Shown: positions 21,643 to 32,394, numbered from the stretch's first letter. The stretch is 64,000 bases of DNA from Bacillota bacterium (GCA_009711785.1 VENA01000046.1:2934-66933), one strand, 5' to 3'. The notes: generated from the sequence alone by a model not told the origin. Made by a program: numbers and translations.

Positions 21643-22356
21643 ATGAAATTATTTATAGAGTTTAATAATAAAGAACTTAGTATAGATGTTATTTATAGAG
21701 ATAGAAAAACTTTAGAAATTCAGATGAAATCTTCTAAAAATATTAGAATACTTTCACCTAAAGGTGTAAAAAAAGAAAAATTAATTGATATTATAGAAAA
21801 TAAAAAACAGTGGATTATTAAAAAAATCCACGAGTTAGAAGTTATAGAGAAAAAGTTAGGTAAAAGAAAATTCCAAACAGGAGGTATCTTTTTATATTTA
21901 GGAAAAGAATATAAAATGAAGTTAATCTTTAAAGAAAATATCGACAACATAAAAATTAAGTTGCATAATGAAAAATTAAATATATATACTTATACAACTG
22001 ATAAAATTATTTTAAAGGAAGCATTAAAAAAGTGGTACAAAGAAAAGGCATTAATATTACTTACTAATCGTATAAACAAATATATATTTAAGATTAATAG
22101 ACCAGTAAGAAAAATAAAAGTTAAGGAGCAAAAAAGTAGATGGGGGAGTTGTTCTTCAAAGGGGGACTTATATTTTAATTATAAAATAATAATGGCTCCT
22201 ATAGAAATTATAGATTATATTGTTGTACATGAACTTTGTCACTTAGTACACTTGAATCATTCTAAAAGATATTGGGGGCTTGTAAAAAATGTATTACCAG
22301 ATTACAAAAAGCACAGACAATGGTTAAAAGAAAATGGAAAAGAACTCACTTTTTGA
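21643..22356 (+). CDS. YgjP/DUF45 (SprT/M48-like) metal-dependent hydrolase
   Basis: KSRWGSCS, DYIVVHELCHL.H.NHS. Confidence 0.9.
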   Translation: MKLFIEFNNKELSIDVIYRDRKTLEIQMKSSKNIRILSPKGVKKEKLIDIIENKKQWIIKKIHELEVIEKKLGKRKFQTGGIFLYLGKEYKMKLIFKENIDNIKIKLHNEKLNIYTYTTDKIILKEALKKWYKEKALILLTNRINKYIFKINRPVRKIKVKEQKSRWGSCSSKGDLYFNYKIIMAPIEIIDYIVVHELCHLVHLNHSKRYWGLVKNVLPDYKKHRQWLKENGKELTF

Positions 22357-22408
22357 TTAATTACAAAATAATATTTGAGCAAAAAAATAAGCTCTTTAGT
22401 AATAGAGC

Positions 22409-23020
22409 TTATTTTTCTGCCTGTTTTTCTAATTTTTCTAGTTCATCTATACGCTTTAATATGTCCATACGCTTGTCCTTTAAAAAAATAATGTTATCTT
22501 CATTATTATTTCTTTTAACGATTTTAGCAGGATTTCCCACAGCAGTACAATTGGAAGGAATATTATTTAAAACGATACTACCTGCTCCTATTTTAGAATT
22601 AGAACCTATTGTAATAGGACCTAATAGTTTAGCACCTGAACCTATAAGTACATTGTCATGGATAGTAGGATGGCGTTTACCAGTATCTTTACCAGTCCCA
22701 CCTAAAGTAACTTGATGATAAATAGTGACGTTATCACCTATTTCTGCTGTTTCCCCTATTACTATACCATTACCATGGTCAATAAATAATCTTTTGCCTA
22801 TAGTTGCACCTGGATGGATTTCTATTCCAGTAAAAAATCTAGAAATATTAGATATTAGTTTTGCAATAAATTTAAATTTATTTATATAAAAAAAGTGAGC
22901 CAACCTATATGATAAAACTGCATGTACACCTGGATAAGTAATTAAAATTTCAAACATATTATTAGCTGCTGGGTCTTTTTGTTTTACATTATATAATTCT
23001 TCTTTTATTTTTTTTAGCAA
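22409..23020 (-). CDS. cysE: Serine O-acetyltransferase
   Basis: [30 protein letters not shown] hexapeptide region. Confidence 0.95.
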   Translation of the reverse strand: MLKKIKEELYNVKQKDPAANNMFEILITYPGVHAVLSYRLAHFFYINKFKFIAKLISNISRFFTGIEIHPGATIGKRLFIDHGNGIVIGETAEIGDNVTIYHQVTLGGTGKDTGKRHPTIHDNVLIGSGAKLLGPITIGSNSKIGAGSIVLNNIPSNCTAVGNPAKIVKRNNNEDNIIFLKDKRMDILKRIDELEKLEKQAEK

Positions 23021-23156
23021 GATATTTCTCCTTTCAAATATGTTTACTTTATTATAACATTTTAATGGCTAAATTTTAAGTTCTTTTTTTGTTATAATTA
23101 ATTAGTAGGGACTGTGAGTAAGGACATTGGAAATTTTATTTAAGTGAGGTGGATAT

Positions 23157-23993
23157 ATGTTACAATTTGAAAAAATTCATGGATTAGGTAATGATTTTGT
23201 GATTATAAATGCATTAGATAAGAAAATAAAAAATTATAATGAATTGGCTAAAACGGTTTGTAATAGACACTTTGGCGTAGGAGCAGATGGAATGATAGTA
23301 GCAGAAAAATCATCTTTAGCAGATATTAAAATGCTTTTTTTTAATGCTGATGGAACTGAAGCAAGTATGTGTGGTAACGGCATAAGATGTTTTTCTAAAT
23401 TTGTGTATGACAATAAACTTGTAAAAGAAAAGAAATTTGCTGTTGAAACATTAGCTGGAATAATGAAAACAAGAGTTTTATTAAATGAAAATAGAGTAGA
23501 ATTAGTACAAGTTGATATAGGAAAACCTAATTTTTCTGCAAAAGAAATACCAGTCTTTACTAATGATAAATCATTTATTTGTAAATCTGTAGATATTGAA
23601 GGTAAAGAATATATTATTTCGGCATTAAATATAGGAAGTGTAAATGCTATAATTTATGTGGATAATATTAAAAAAATTGATATAGAAAGGGAAGGTAAAG
23701 CAATAGAAAAAAGTTATCTATTTCCAGAAGGAATAAATGTAAATTTCGTAAAAAAAATAAGTGAAAGAGAGATAGAACTAATTACTTGGGAAAGGGGAGT
23801 TGGTAAAACCTTAGCATGTGGTACAGGAGCAGCTGCTGCAGTTATCATAGGAAGAAGATATTTTAATTTAAATTCTAAAGTAAATGTTAATTTAGAAGGT
23901 GGAAGTATTGGAATTGAAGAATATGATGACGGTAGAATTATAATGACAGGTCTAGCAACTTCTGTTTTTAAAGGTGAGTATTATAATTATTAA
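23157..23993 (+). CDS. dapF: Diaminopimelate epimerase
   Basis: HGLGNDF, MCGNGIRC, ERGVG.TLACGTGA. Confidence 0.95.
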   Translation: MLQFEKIHGLGNDFVIINALDKKIKNYNELAKTVCNRHFGVGADGMIVAEKSSLADIKMLFFNADGTEASMCGNGIRCFSKFVYDNKLVKEKKFAVETLAGIMKTRVLLNENRVELVQVDIGKPNFSAKEIPVFTNDKSFICKSVDIEGKEYIISALNIGSVNAIIYVDNIKKIDIEREGKAIEKSYLFPEGINVNFVKKISEREIELITWERGVGKTLACGTGAAAAVIIGRRYFNLNSKVNVNLEGGSIGIEEYDDGRIIMTGLATSVFKGEYYNY

Positions 23994-24002
23994 TATTTTA
24001 AT

Positions 24003-24031
24003 AAAAAAAGACCCTCAGTGAGGGTCTTTTT
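24003..24031. terminator. Bidirectional terminator between dapF and the ferredoxin gene
   Basis: AAAAAGACCCTCA-G-TGAGGGTCTTTTT. Confidence 0.8.
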
Positions 24032-24044
24032 ATGTAAAATTAAA

Positions 24045-24221
<177 letters not shown>

Positions 24222-24415
24222 TCACCTCCTTGAAACATTTAACATAAATATATAATAGCATATTTTTATTAATAATAAAAGTGTTTTTTTGGGCTTGTAT
24301 ACAATTTAAATTAAATTAGCACTTTAAATCATTATAATTTTAAATTTTGTATAATAATATATATTGATGTCAAAATTTAATTATGATTAGATATTATCTT
24401 AACTAATATAGGTAT

Positions 24416-25693
24416 TTAATTATTTGCAATTTTCCTTCCCTCGTTTACATTTACTGTTGAGAGAAGTATTAAACCTAGAATAAAGAAAGCAATTAATGAT
24501 ATAATACCAAACCTACTAGAACCTGTTAATTGTGCTATTAAAGCAAATACAAAGGGCCCGAATACAGCTGCAAACTTACTAGAAATTGCTAAGAAACCAA
24601 AGAATTCAGAGGATTTTTTTTTCGGAACCATTGAAGCATAAAGGGATCTGCTTAAGGCTTGACTTCCACCTTGTACTGTACCTACTAAAAATGCAAGTAC
24701 CCAGAAATCGAAAGCTGAATTTAGGAAAAATCCCCAGGTTGTTATTAGGATATATATAGATATAGCAATATATATTGACTTTTTTGTTCCGACTCTTTTA
24801 GCTATTTTACCAAATAATAATGAAAAAGGTATTCCTACAAATTGCGTTAATAATAAAGCACCTATTAAATGCAATTTCCCAATACCAACTTCTCTTCCAT
24901 AGATAGTAGCCATTCTTATAATTGTACCTATGCCGTCATTATATAACCAGAAAGCTAAGATGAATTTAAATAATTGTTTATATTTTTTTATTTCTTTAAA
25001 AGTATTATAGATTCTTTTAAATCCTATTAAAACGTACGAATCTTTTGATACCTTTTGTTTAATATCACGAACGCTTTTAAATAAAGGTAGGGAAAAAACA
25101 AACCACCAAACAGCAACAGTTAAAAAAGTAAATCTAGTGGCTATAACAGTGTTTTTAAAGAAAAAAAGTTTTGGAAATTGAATTATAAAAAGATTTATCA
25201 TTAATAACAATCCACCGCCAAGATATCCCATAGCAAATCCTTTTGAAGATATAGTATCTATATTTTCAGAAGTCGATATTTCGGGTAAAATGCTATCATA
25301 AAAAACATTACCTCCAGAAAATCCTATACTAGCGAAAATAAATAATAAAGAGCAAAGGATATAATCACCAGAATCAACCGTAATAAGTGATGCTGTAGCT
25401 AGGATACCTGTATATGCAAATATTTTTAAAAATCTCATTTTAAGATGAGAAAAATCAGATATAGCACCAAGAACTGGTACCATTAATGCCACTATTAACA
25501 TAGCTATTGATTGAGTATAGCCCCAATAAGAAGTAGCTTTAGCTTTTGATAATGCACTGCCTGCTATGTCTGTATAAAAAATAGGAAGAACTGTAGCCAT
25601 AATAGTAGTAGCAAAAGCAGAGTTAGCCCAATCGTAAAAAATCCAACTTTTTATGATTTTGTTGTTATCTTTTTTCGAAAAATCTAGTGTCAT
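24416..25693 (-). CDS. MFS transporter, UMF1/ATG22-like family
   Basis: SWIFYDWANSAF, FYDSILP, GGSQALSRS, EFFG; about 12 hydrophobic segments. Confidence 0.88.
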   Translation of the reverse strand: MTLDFSKKDNNKIIKSWIFYDWANSAFATTIMATVLPIFYTDIAGSALSKAKATSYWGYTQSIAMLIVALMVPVLGAISDFSHLKMRFLKIFAYTGILATASLITVDSGDYILCSLLFIFASIGFSGGNVFYDSILPEISTSENIDTISSKGFAMGYLGGGLLLMINLFIIQFPKLFFFKNTVIATRFTFLTVAVWWFVFSLPLFKSVRDIKQKVSKDSYVLIGFKRIYNTFKEIKKYKQLFKFILAFWLYNDGIGTIIRMATIYGREVGIGKLHLIGALLLTQFVGIPFSLLFGKIAKRVGTKKSIYIAISIYILITTWGFFLNSAFDFWVLAFLVGTVQGGSQALSRSLYASMVPKKKSSEFFGFLAISSKFAAVFGPFVFALIAQLTGSSRFGIISLIAFFILGLILLSTVNVNEGRKIANN

Positions 25694-26021
25694 AATGTTG
25701 CCTCCTTTAAATTTTCATTTTAATCTAATTGAAGTAAAAAACATTTTTCAATTAAAGATTTTAAATTAAAAATAAATATAACCTATTAACATTTTGTTAC
25801 TAATATATTTATTATTATATTTATAACTATAAAACCCTTTTTATTTTATTTTTAACATTCAGTTATAAATATGTTATTAATTCAATATTCATTTGAATTA
25901 AACATTATATAAAAATACAAAGTGAAGAGAAAATATTTATTAAAATAAGAAATGAATTTGATATAATAATTTCAAGGGTGAAAACAAAAATATAAGTTAT
26001 TATTAAAAGAGGAGTAATAAA

Positions 26022-27632
26022 ATGGATAAGAAAAAAATTATGAATACAATGTTACAATTAGTAAAAGAACCTGGAATATCTGGAACAGAGAGTGAAAATT
26101 TAACAGTAGATAAAGTCTATAGTTTACTTAAACAGATACCTTATTTCAATAAAAATGCAAATTACGTAGAGAAAGTACATATTAAAAAAGATACATTAAA
26201 TAGAAAATTTGTATCAGCATTTTATAAAAGTAAAACTAATACAAAAAAAACAATTATACTTACAGGACATACTGATGTGGTAGGTGTAGAAGAATTTGGA
26301 AAATTAAAGAAATATGCTTTTGATCCAATAGAATATACAAAAATTGTTGAGGAGGAAGTAAATTTAGACGAAGAGTCTTTAATGGATTTAAAAACAGGGG
26401 ATTGGCTTTTTGGCAGAGGTGTAGCGGATATGAAATTTGGGTTAGCCTTAGAAATTGAATTACTTAGAAAATTAACAAAATTAGATGACTTAAATGGTAA
26501 CATCTTATTTTTAGCAGTACCATCAGAAGAAAGTAATTCTGAAGGAATGTTAGAAGCTGTATCTTATTTAGCAGAGAAGAAAGAAAAATTTGGTTTAATA
26601 TATGAAGGAGTATTATTGCCAGAGCCTTTTATGTATAGTGATGATAATGATACTAAATATATTCATTTAGGTTCTTGTGGTAAAATTATGCCAATGCTAT
26701 TTTTTGTGGGTAAAGAAACCCATGTTGGATCTCCATTTAGTGGACTAAGTTCTAACTTGATGGCTTCTGAATTTAATAGATTATTTGAAATGAATACTGA
26801 ATTCTGTGATCATGATGAAGAAATTACCCCACCTCCAATGTGTTTAAAACTTAAAGATTTAAAGGAGCTATATTCTGTACAGACTCCATTATTTACAGTT
26901 GCTTATTATAATATGATCACGTTAAATAACGAATCAAAAATAGATAAAATAAAAGATATTTCAAAAAAAGCCTTTAAAAATTGCTTAGAAATGGTAAATG
27001 AAAATTACAATAATTATTCTAAGTTCACTCTTGTAAAGAAAAATAAGTTAAAAGTCGAAAGTTGTGTTAAAACTTTTAATGAGTTATATGAAGAAGTAAA
27101 AAAAATAAAGAGAAATGAAATAGATGATTTAATTAATAAAAAAATTGAGGCCTGGAGAAATAGTGGAGATGATTATCAAACTATTGCAATAAAAACAGTA
27201 AAGGAAATATATAATAATTATACTAATAAAAGGCCTATGATAATTATTTCTTTTATCCCTCCATATTATCCTAAAAAAGAACTTAATAACAATAAATTTA
27301 TCGAAAATTTAGAAAGGACAATAAAATATGGAGAATTGAATTTTAATGTAAGTATAAAAAAAAGTAAGTATTTTATGGGTATTTGTGATTTAAGTTACAC
27401 AGGTTCTATAGACGGTGAAAAATTATATAGTATTTATAATAATATTCCTTTTGGTGAAAAATATTATAATTTTCCGATTGAAGATTTAAAAAAATTAAAT
27501 ATTCCAGGAATCATATTTGGACCTTATGGAAAGGATTTACATAAAAATACTGAAAGGATAAATATTCCATATTCCTTTGAAGTACTACCTAAATTATATG
27601 AATACTTAATTTATGATATATTTAAAAATTAA
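26022..27632 (+). CDS. RocB-like M20/M25/M40 metallohydrolase
   Basis: GHTDVV, GRGVADMK.G, PSEE.NSEG, GKETHVG, GKDLH..TER. Confidence 0.85.
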   Translation: MDKKKIMNTMLQLVKEPGISGTESENLTVDKVYSLLKQIPYFNKNANYVEKVHIKKDTLNRKFVSAFYKSKTNTKKTIILTGHTDVVGVEEFGKLKKYAFDPIEYTKIVEEEVNLDEESLMDLKTGDWLFGRGVADMKFGLALEIELLRKLTKLDDLNGNILFLAVPSEESNSEGMLEAVSYLAEKKEKFGLIYEGVLLPEPFMYSDDNDTKYIHLGSCGKIMPMLFFVGKETHVGSPFSGLSSNLMASEFNRLFEMNTEFCDHDEEITPPPMCLKLKDLKELYSVQTPLFTVAYYNMITLNNESKIDKIKDISKKAFKNCLEMVNENYNNYSKFTLVKKNKLKVESCVKTFNELYEEVKKIKRNEIDDLINKKIEAWRNSGDDYQTIAIKTVKEIYNNYTNKRPMIIISFIPPYYPKKELNNNKFIENLERTIKYGELNFNVSIKKSKYFMGICDLSYTGSIDGEKLYSIYNNIPFGEKYYNFPIEDLKKLNIPGIIFGPYGKDLHKNTERINIPYSFEVLPKLYEYLIYDIFKN

Positions 27633-27657
27633 AAAGTTAGGTACATATCTAACTTTT
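27632..27657 (+). terminator. Terminator after the RocB-like gene
   Basis: AAAAGTTAG-N8-CTAACTTTT. Confidence 0.6.
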
Positions 27658-27870
27658 ACTATGTGTTATATTAATTTACAACAAAATGAATATTTTTAAA
27701 TTAAAAGAGATGAGTTAAATGACTTCTATGACGAAGATTTCTTTATTCTTAATGTTGTGACTGTTATAGGTCTTATTATAGTCCATCTTGTTTTAAATAT
27801 AGATATGTTGAAAGTATCCACTTATTTTTCTCATTTAGGGAAACTTTATAACCTTTTATTACCTATTCCT

Positions 27871-27970
27871 TTGAGGTAAAATTAGACCTTGCTAAAACAG
27901 AATATGAAGCAGGAAATATTTTTAGACTAGATTTAAGAAACCACCACTTATAAAAGTGGTGGAGGTTCAC
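27871..27970 (+). mobile_element. Probable degenerate right end / omega-RNA scaffold remnant of an IS200/IS605 (TnpB) element
   Basis: Order AGACC...ATGAAGCAGGAA...GAAA-CCACCACTT-ATAA-AAGTGGTGG-AGGTTCAC resembles Firmicute tnpB 3' ends (subterminal hairpin plus TCAC terminus); no transposase or tnpB ORF nearby. Confidence 0.5.
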
Positions 27971-27971
27971 G

Positions 27972-28841
27972 CTAAAGTCTTCTAAGATATTCATTTTTAA
28001 AATCATAATCTTGTTTTAGAGCCTCATCTATAGTATCAAGTAATAAATTTTTATCTTTGCTTAAAAATCCAGCTAAAGGAACATAGTTAGATGGATGATT
28101 ACTTCTAAAAATACAGTTATCTAAAGTTAAATTACTTATAAGTAATTTAGTTTCTAATAATACTTCCTTTGGAGATAATAAATTAAATTCGTTATTTTCA
28201 ATCTTTTCATAAAGTTCTGTTTCATTATTAATAAGTAGTGTTAATAATGCTAGATAATCAGGATTAATATCATTAATAAGCCTGGCAGAATCAGTGGCAT
28301 GTTGTTTCCAGTTAGATTTACCACCTAAACCTGAAATTAAAGTAACTGAAAGCTTTATACCTGAAGAAACTATTCTTTTTCCAGCTTTTCTTAGTTCATT
28401 GGATGAGACACCTTTTTTAATATTTTTTAATACATCATTATTTCCAGATTCTATACCTAGATAGGCTATCTTAATCCCTAGTTTTTTTAATTCTTTAAGT
28501 TCAGTTATGGATTTTAATAATATATCCTTTGGAGCAGTGTATATTCCAATACGTTCACATTCAGGAAACATAGAGTTAATTTCTGATAAAACTTCTTTTA
28601 ATTTTTTTGTTTTTAATACTAATGCATTACCATCTGCTAAAAATATACGTTTTACGTTACTATAGGTTTTTCTTGCAATTCTTATATCATTTTTAATTTC
28701 ATCTAATGATTTTATTCGGAATTTTTTACCTTTGTACATACTACAGAAGGTACATTTATTATGGGAACAACCTATTGTTATTTGTAGTATTAAAGAATTA
28801 GATTCACTAGGCGGTCTATATAGAGGACTTTCATATTCCAT
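27972..28841 (-). CDS. Radical SAM protein of unknown function
   Basis: YRPPSE..SLILQ.TIGCSHNKCTFC (CxxxCxxC), FLADGNAL, GIESG, FRSNHPSNY. Confidence 0.9.
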   Translation of the reverse strand: MEYESPLYRPPSESNSLILQITIGCSHNKCTFCSMYKGKKFRIKSLDEIKNDIRIARKTYSNVKRIFLADGNALVLKTKKLKEVLSEINSMFPECERIGIYTAPKDILLKSITELKELKKLGIKIAYLGIESGNNDVLKNIKKGVSSNELRKAGKRIVSSGIKLSVTLISGLGGKSNWKQHATDSARLINDINPDYLALLTLLINNETELYEKIENNEFNLLSPKEVLLETKLLISNLTLDNCIFRSNHPSNYVPLAGFLSKDKNLLLDTIDEALKQDYDFKNEYLRRL

Positions 28842-28913
28842 TTTTATTTCTCCTTTCTTATTATATAATCATTTACTATTTTAACATTAAAAATTAAATT
28901 ATAAAAATTAAAA

Positions 28914-28947
28914 GGATAGGATATATAATTTTTTATATATCCTATCC
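28914..28947 (-). terminator. Terminator after asnA
   Basis: GGATAGGATATATAA-TTTT-TTATATATCCTATCC, 15-bp stem. Confidence 0.7.
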
Positions 28948-28970
28948 CTTATTATTTATCTTTTTATTGA

Positions 28971-29981
28971 TTATAATAATTCTATATTTCCTTTTTCACA
29001 TTTTTCAATCATATCATCAGACCAGATTGAAGATTGAACTTCTCCTATATGAGCCTTTTGTAAAAAGAACATACAAATTCTAGATTGTCCGATTCCACCA
29101 CCAATTGTTAGGGGTAACTCATCTTCGATTATCATTTTATGATAATCATACTTTTTACGATCTTCACAATCTTCAAACTCCAGTTGTTTTTGCAATGAAT
29201 CTGAATCAACTCTTATTCCCATTGATGATAATTCTAGACCTATATCTAAAGTAGGGAACCAAAAGATTATATCTCCATTTAATTTCCAATCATCATAATC
29301 AGGGGATCTACCATCATGTTTTATTCCAGAATCTAATGGACCTCCAATTTGCATTATGAACACTGCACCTTTTTCTTTAGCTATTGCATGTTCTCTTTCT
29401 TTAGGTGTTAGATCCGGATATAATTCCTCAAGTTCTTGAGTGGTAATAAAGCTTATATCCTCTGGTAAGATACCCTCAATATGAGGATAAATACCTTCAA
29501 CATATTCTTCAGTTTGTTTAAATACAGAATAAATATTTTTTACTATTTCCTTTAATTTAGATTCTGATCTTTCTTTCTTTGTGATAATTTTTTCCCAGTC
29601 CCATTGATCTACATAAATAGAGTGAATGTTATCTAAAGATTCTGAGGTACGGATTGCATTCATATCAGTATATAAACCCTCTTCAGGATTGAAACCATAT
29701 CTATATAGAGCCATACGTTTCCACTTAGCTAGAGAATGAACAATTTCTGCTCTAGAGTTATCTTCTTCAACTTCAAAAGAAACTGGTTGTTCTACTCCAT
29801 TTAAGTTATCGTTAAGCCCACTTTCTCCTTTGACAAATAAAGGGGCTGATACTCTTGTTAGATTTAATTTTTCAGATAAAGTATCCTCAAAATAATCTTT
29901 TACTTTCTTGATTGCAACTTCTGTTTCTCTTAAATTTAGTTTTGGTTTGTACTCCTTTGGTATTATTAATTTCTCTGACAT
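28971..29981 (-). CDS. asnA: Aspartate-ammonia ligase (asparagine synthetase A)
   Basis: [46 protein letters not shown]. Confidence 0.97.
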   Translation of the reverse strand: MSEKLIIPKEYKPKLNLRETEVAIKKVKDYFEDTLSEKLNLTRVSAPLFVKGESGLNDNLNGVEQPVSFEVEEDNSRAEIVHSLAKWKRMALYRYGFNPEEGLYTDMNAIRTSESLDNIHSIYVDQWDWEKIITKKERSESKLKEIVKNIYSVFKQTEEYVEGIYPHIEGILPEDISFITTQELEELYPDLTPKEREHAIAKEKGAVFIMQIGGPLDSGIKHDGRSPDYDDWKLNGDIIFWFPTLDIGLELSSMGIRVDSDSLQKQLEFEDCEDRKKYDYHKMIIEDELPLTIGGGIGQSRICMFFLQKAHIGEVQSSIWSDDMIEKCEKGNIELL

Positions 29982-30007
29982 ATTACTACCTCCTTTAGTT
30001 TTTGAAT

Positions 30008-30285
30008 ATAAAAAAAGTCCTTCGAATCCCTTTATAGGAACGAAAGACTTAACTTACGCGGTACCATCCTAGTTGACTATTATCATAGTCATCTTATACC
30101 AATACGGAACTAAAAAATTCGATATTGTCAAAAGGTAACGGATTTGTGCCGTCTAATCCTACTCTCTTAATAGATTTCGGTTAGAAACTCGGAGATGTTC
30201 TTCAATATAAGTTCAGTATCGATCTCTCACCAACATCGACTCGCTATAACTTACAGTTATATCTACTCTTCTCGTCACAGTTTTA
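30008..30285 (-). promoter_or_regulatory. Asparagine T-box riboswitch
   Basis: Minus strand: AGAGTAG, AGCGAG, GGTGAGAG; specifier AAC (30197-30199); CCGTTA stem IIA/B; T-box AACTAGGATGGTACCGCG; terminator with T-run; promoter TTGACT(30332)-N17-TATAAT(30309). Confidence 0.92.
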
Positions 30286-30439
30286 ATTTCTTTATTTTTT
30301 ATTATTATAAACCAGTTTAACAATTTAGTCAAGTGAAGTTGTGAAAAAAATGTAATAAATAATAAAAGATCATATTAATGTGTAAAGATTAAAATTTAGA
30401 GTATAATTATATTAAGATAAAAGTATAAGGGAGGATTTT

Positions 30440-30931
30440 ATGTTATTAGCTTTTCCACCAATAGTAGATAAAAATTCAAAAGTATTAATTTTAGGTTCAA
30501 TGCCAGGGAATGATTCGTTAAGAAAGAGACAGTACTATGCGTTTAAACGGAATCAATTTTGGGATATTGTATATAAATTATTTAAAAAAGAAAAAGATAA
30601 TGAATATGAAAATAAGAAAATATTTTTATTAAAACATAATATTGCATTATGGGATGTTTTAAAAAATTGTACAAGGGAAGGGAGTCTTGATAGTAATATA
30701 AAGAATGAAGTACCAAACGATATCGAGTGTTTTTTAGATAAATATTATAATATTGAATATATTTTTTTTAATGGAACAAAAGCCCAGAATTTATTTAAGA
30801 AACATATAGGCTTTAATAATAAAACTATTAAAAATTATTATTTATTACCTTCAACTAGTCCTGCATATACTAAGAAAATTGAATATAAGTTTAAAAAGTG
30901 GAAAATTATTAAAAATAAGTTAATAAATTAA
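30440..30931 (+). CDS. UDG-superfamily hypoxanthine/deoxyinosine DNA glycosylase (family 6-like)
   Basis: LILGSMPG.DSL, YYAFKRNQFW, IALWDV, FNG, LPSTSPA. Confidence 0.85.
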   Translation: MLLAFPPIVDKNSKVLILGSMPGNDSLRKRQYYAFKRNQFWDIVYKLFKKEKDNEYENKKIFLLKHNIALWDVLKNCTREGSLDSNIKNEVPNDIECFLDKYYNIEYIFFNGTKAQNLFKKHIGFNNKTIKNYYLLPSTSPAYTKKIEYKFKKWKIIKNKLIN

Positions 30932-30954
30932 ACCATGGATATCCATGGTTTAAT
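30927..30954. terminator. Perfect 28-bp palindrome, probable bidirectional terminator
   Basis: ATTAAACCATGGAT|ATCCATGGTTTAAT spans both convergent stop codons. Confidence 0.65.
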
Positions 30955-31891
30955 AACCTCTATTTAGATTTACTATATTATTAGGCTTATCATTATTAGA
31001 GTATTTTTTCATATTTTCATATATGATTTCAAACCGTCTTTGATTTCTCATTTCCGATACCCAAGAATTGTGGGGAGTTATTATAACATTATCCATAGAC
31101 CAGAGTGGATTATCGTTATTTAAAGGCTCATTTTCAAAGACATCCAAAGCAGCACCCTTTATTTTACCCCTCTTTAGATTCTCTATAAGAGCCGTTTCGT
31201 CAACTATATTTCCCCTTGAAATATTAATAAAAAAGACTCTATCTTTCATCATATTAAATATATCTTCATTAACAAAATTATGAGTTTTTTCTGTGTAGGG
31301 AAGAGATAATACAATTACATCACTTAAGGTTAACATTTTTTTTATTTCTTCATTACTAAAACATTTATCAAAATACTTTGTAGATGTGCCATTTGTGTTT
31401 AGACCTAAAGTTTTAACATTAAAACCACTAAGACGTTTGGCTGCTTCCTTTGCGATACTGCCTGTTCCTAAAAAACCTATTGTTTTACCGTATAGTTCTA
31501 ATACATTAGTATCAATTTTCCAACGCTTATTTTCTTGCTTTTTATAAAATTGATGACTCTTTTTGTATAATTCTAGGATTTTTAGAACTATCCATTCTCC
31601 CATAGGTATACTATATCCACCTTTATTATTTGTTAAAATGATATTATTTTTTCTAATGTAGTTAATAGGAGCTTGGTCTATACCAATACTAGATAATTGA
31701 ATCCATTTTAACTTCTTCATCTTTTTAATGTCTAAAGTTGTAAATGGATTATAACATACTAAAATTTCTACATCCTTAAGTTCATGAGTAAAAGTTAGAT
31801 TTTTTTCTTTTTTAATTATAATTTCATAGCCTAATTCTTCAATTTTTTTCATTTTTTCTTTCCCATAATCATATGTAAATAAAGCTTTAAT
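30950..31891 (-). CDS. D-2-hydroxyacid dehydrogenase family protein (probable ATT start at 31891; first ATG at 31852)
   Basis: GFLGTGSIA Rossmann motif, INISRG, ALDVFE.EPL, ITPH; GGAGG 7 nt before the in-frame ATT. Confidence 0.88.
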   Translation of the reverse strand: MKALFTYDYGKEKMKKIEELGYEIIIKKEKNLTFTHELKDVEILVCYNPFTTLDIKKMKKLKWIQLSSIGIDQAPINYIRKNNIILTNNKGGYSIPMGEWIVLKILELYKKSHQFYKKQENKRWKIDTNVLELYGKTIGFLGTGSIAKEAAKRLSGFNVKTLGLNTNGTSTKYFDKCFSNEEIKKMLTLSDVIVLSLPYTEKTHNFVNEDIFNMMKDRVFFINISRGNIVDETALIENLKRGKIKGAALDVFENEPLNNDNPLWSMDNVIITPHNSWVSEMRNQRRFEIIYENMKKYSNNDKPNNIVNLNRGY

Positions 31892-32000
31892 AATAACACC
31901 TCCATTAGTTATTATACCTATTTTTACTTAGATAAAACTTCCTTTGTAATTATTTTATATTATTCTTATAAATATTACAAAACAAGACAAAATTCTTTGA

Positions 32001-32026
32001 AGGGAAAGAAAACAAACATAGCGAAT
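32001..32026 (+). promoter_or_regulatory. Sigma-H-type promoter of the spoIIA operon
   Basis: AGGG-N18-GAAT; spoIIA is a known sigma-H operon. Confidence 0.65.
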
Positions 32027-32058
32027 AACATCAATAAGGTTTAAAAGGAGGGATATTT

Positions 32059-32394
32059 TTGCAAATAAATTATAAAATTATTAACAAAAACCTTATTATT
32101 GATTTTAATGGTGAACTAGACCACCATACTGCTTCAGATATTAGAAAGCAGGTAGATGAACTATACTCTGAAAAAATGTTACATAACATTATACTAGATT
32201 TAGATAATTTAAACTTTATGGATAGTTCAGGTATAGGATTAATAATGGGTAGATACAAAACAGTATCTCAAAATGGAGGAAAGGTTTGTTTGATTAATGC
32301 AAACAACAGGATACAAAAAATATTAAAAATGTCTGGCATTTTAAAAATTGTCCATGTTTATGACAATTTAAATGAAGCGTTAGATAATATATAG
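32059..32394 (+). CDS. spoIIAA: Anti-sigma F factor antagonist
   Basis: [16 protein letters not shown]; operon position. Confidence 0.96.
   Translation: MQINYKIINKNLIIDFNGELDHHTASDIRKQVDELYSEKMLHNIILDLDNLNFMDSSGIGLIMGRYKTVSQNGGKVCLINANNRIQKILKMSGILKIVHVYDNLNEALDNI

Noticed and set aside
22272-22715. 147-aa plus-strand ORF overlapping the DUF45 gene end and cysE
   Set aside because: Mostly an antisense shadow of cysE; crosses a terminator and has no SD.
25694-26021. 328-bp very AT-rich divergent spacer (possible ArgR/CodY sites or sRNA)
   Set aside because: No convincing consensus match or stable structure above AT-rich background.
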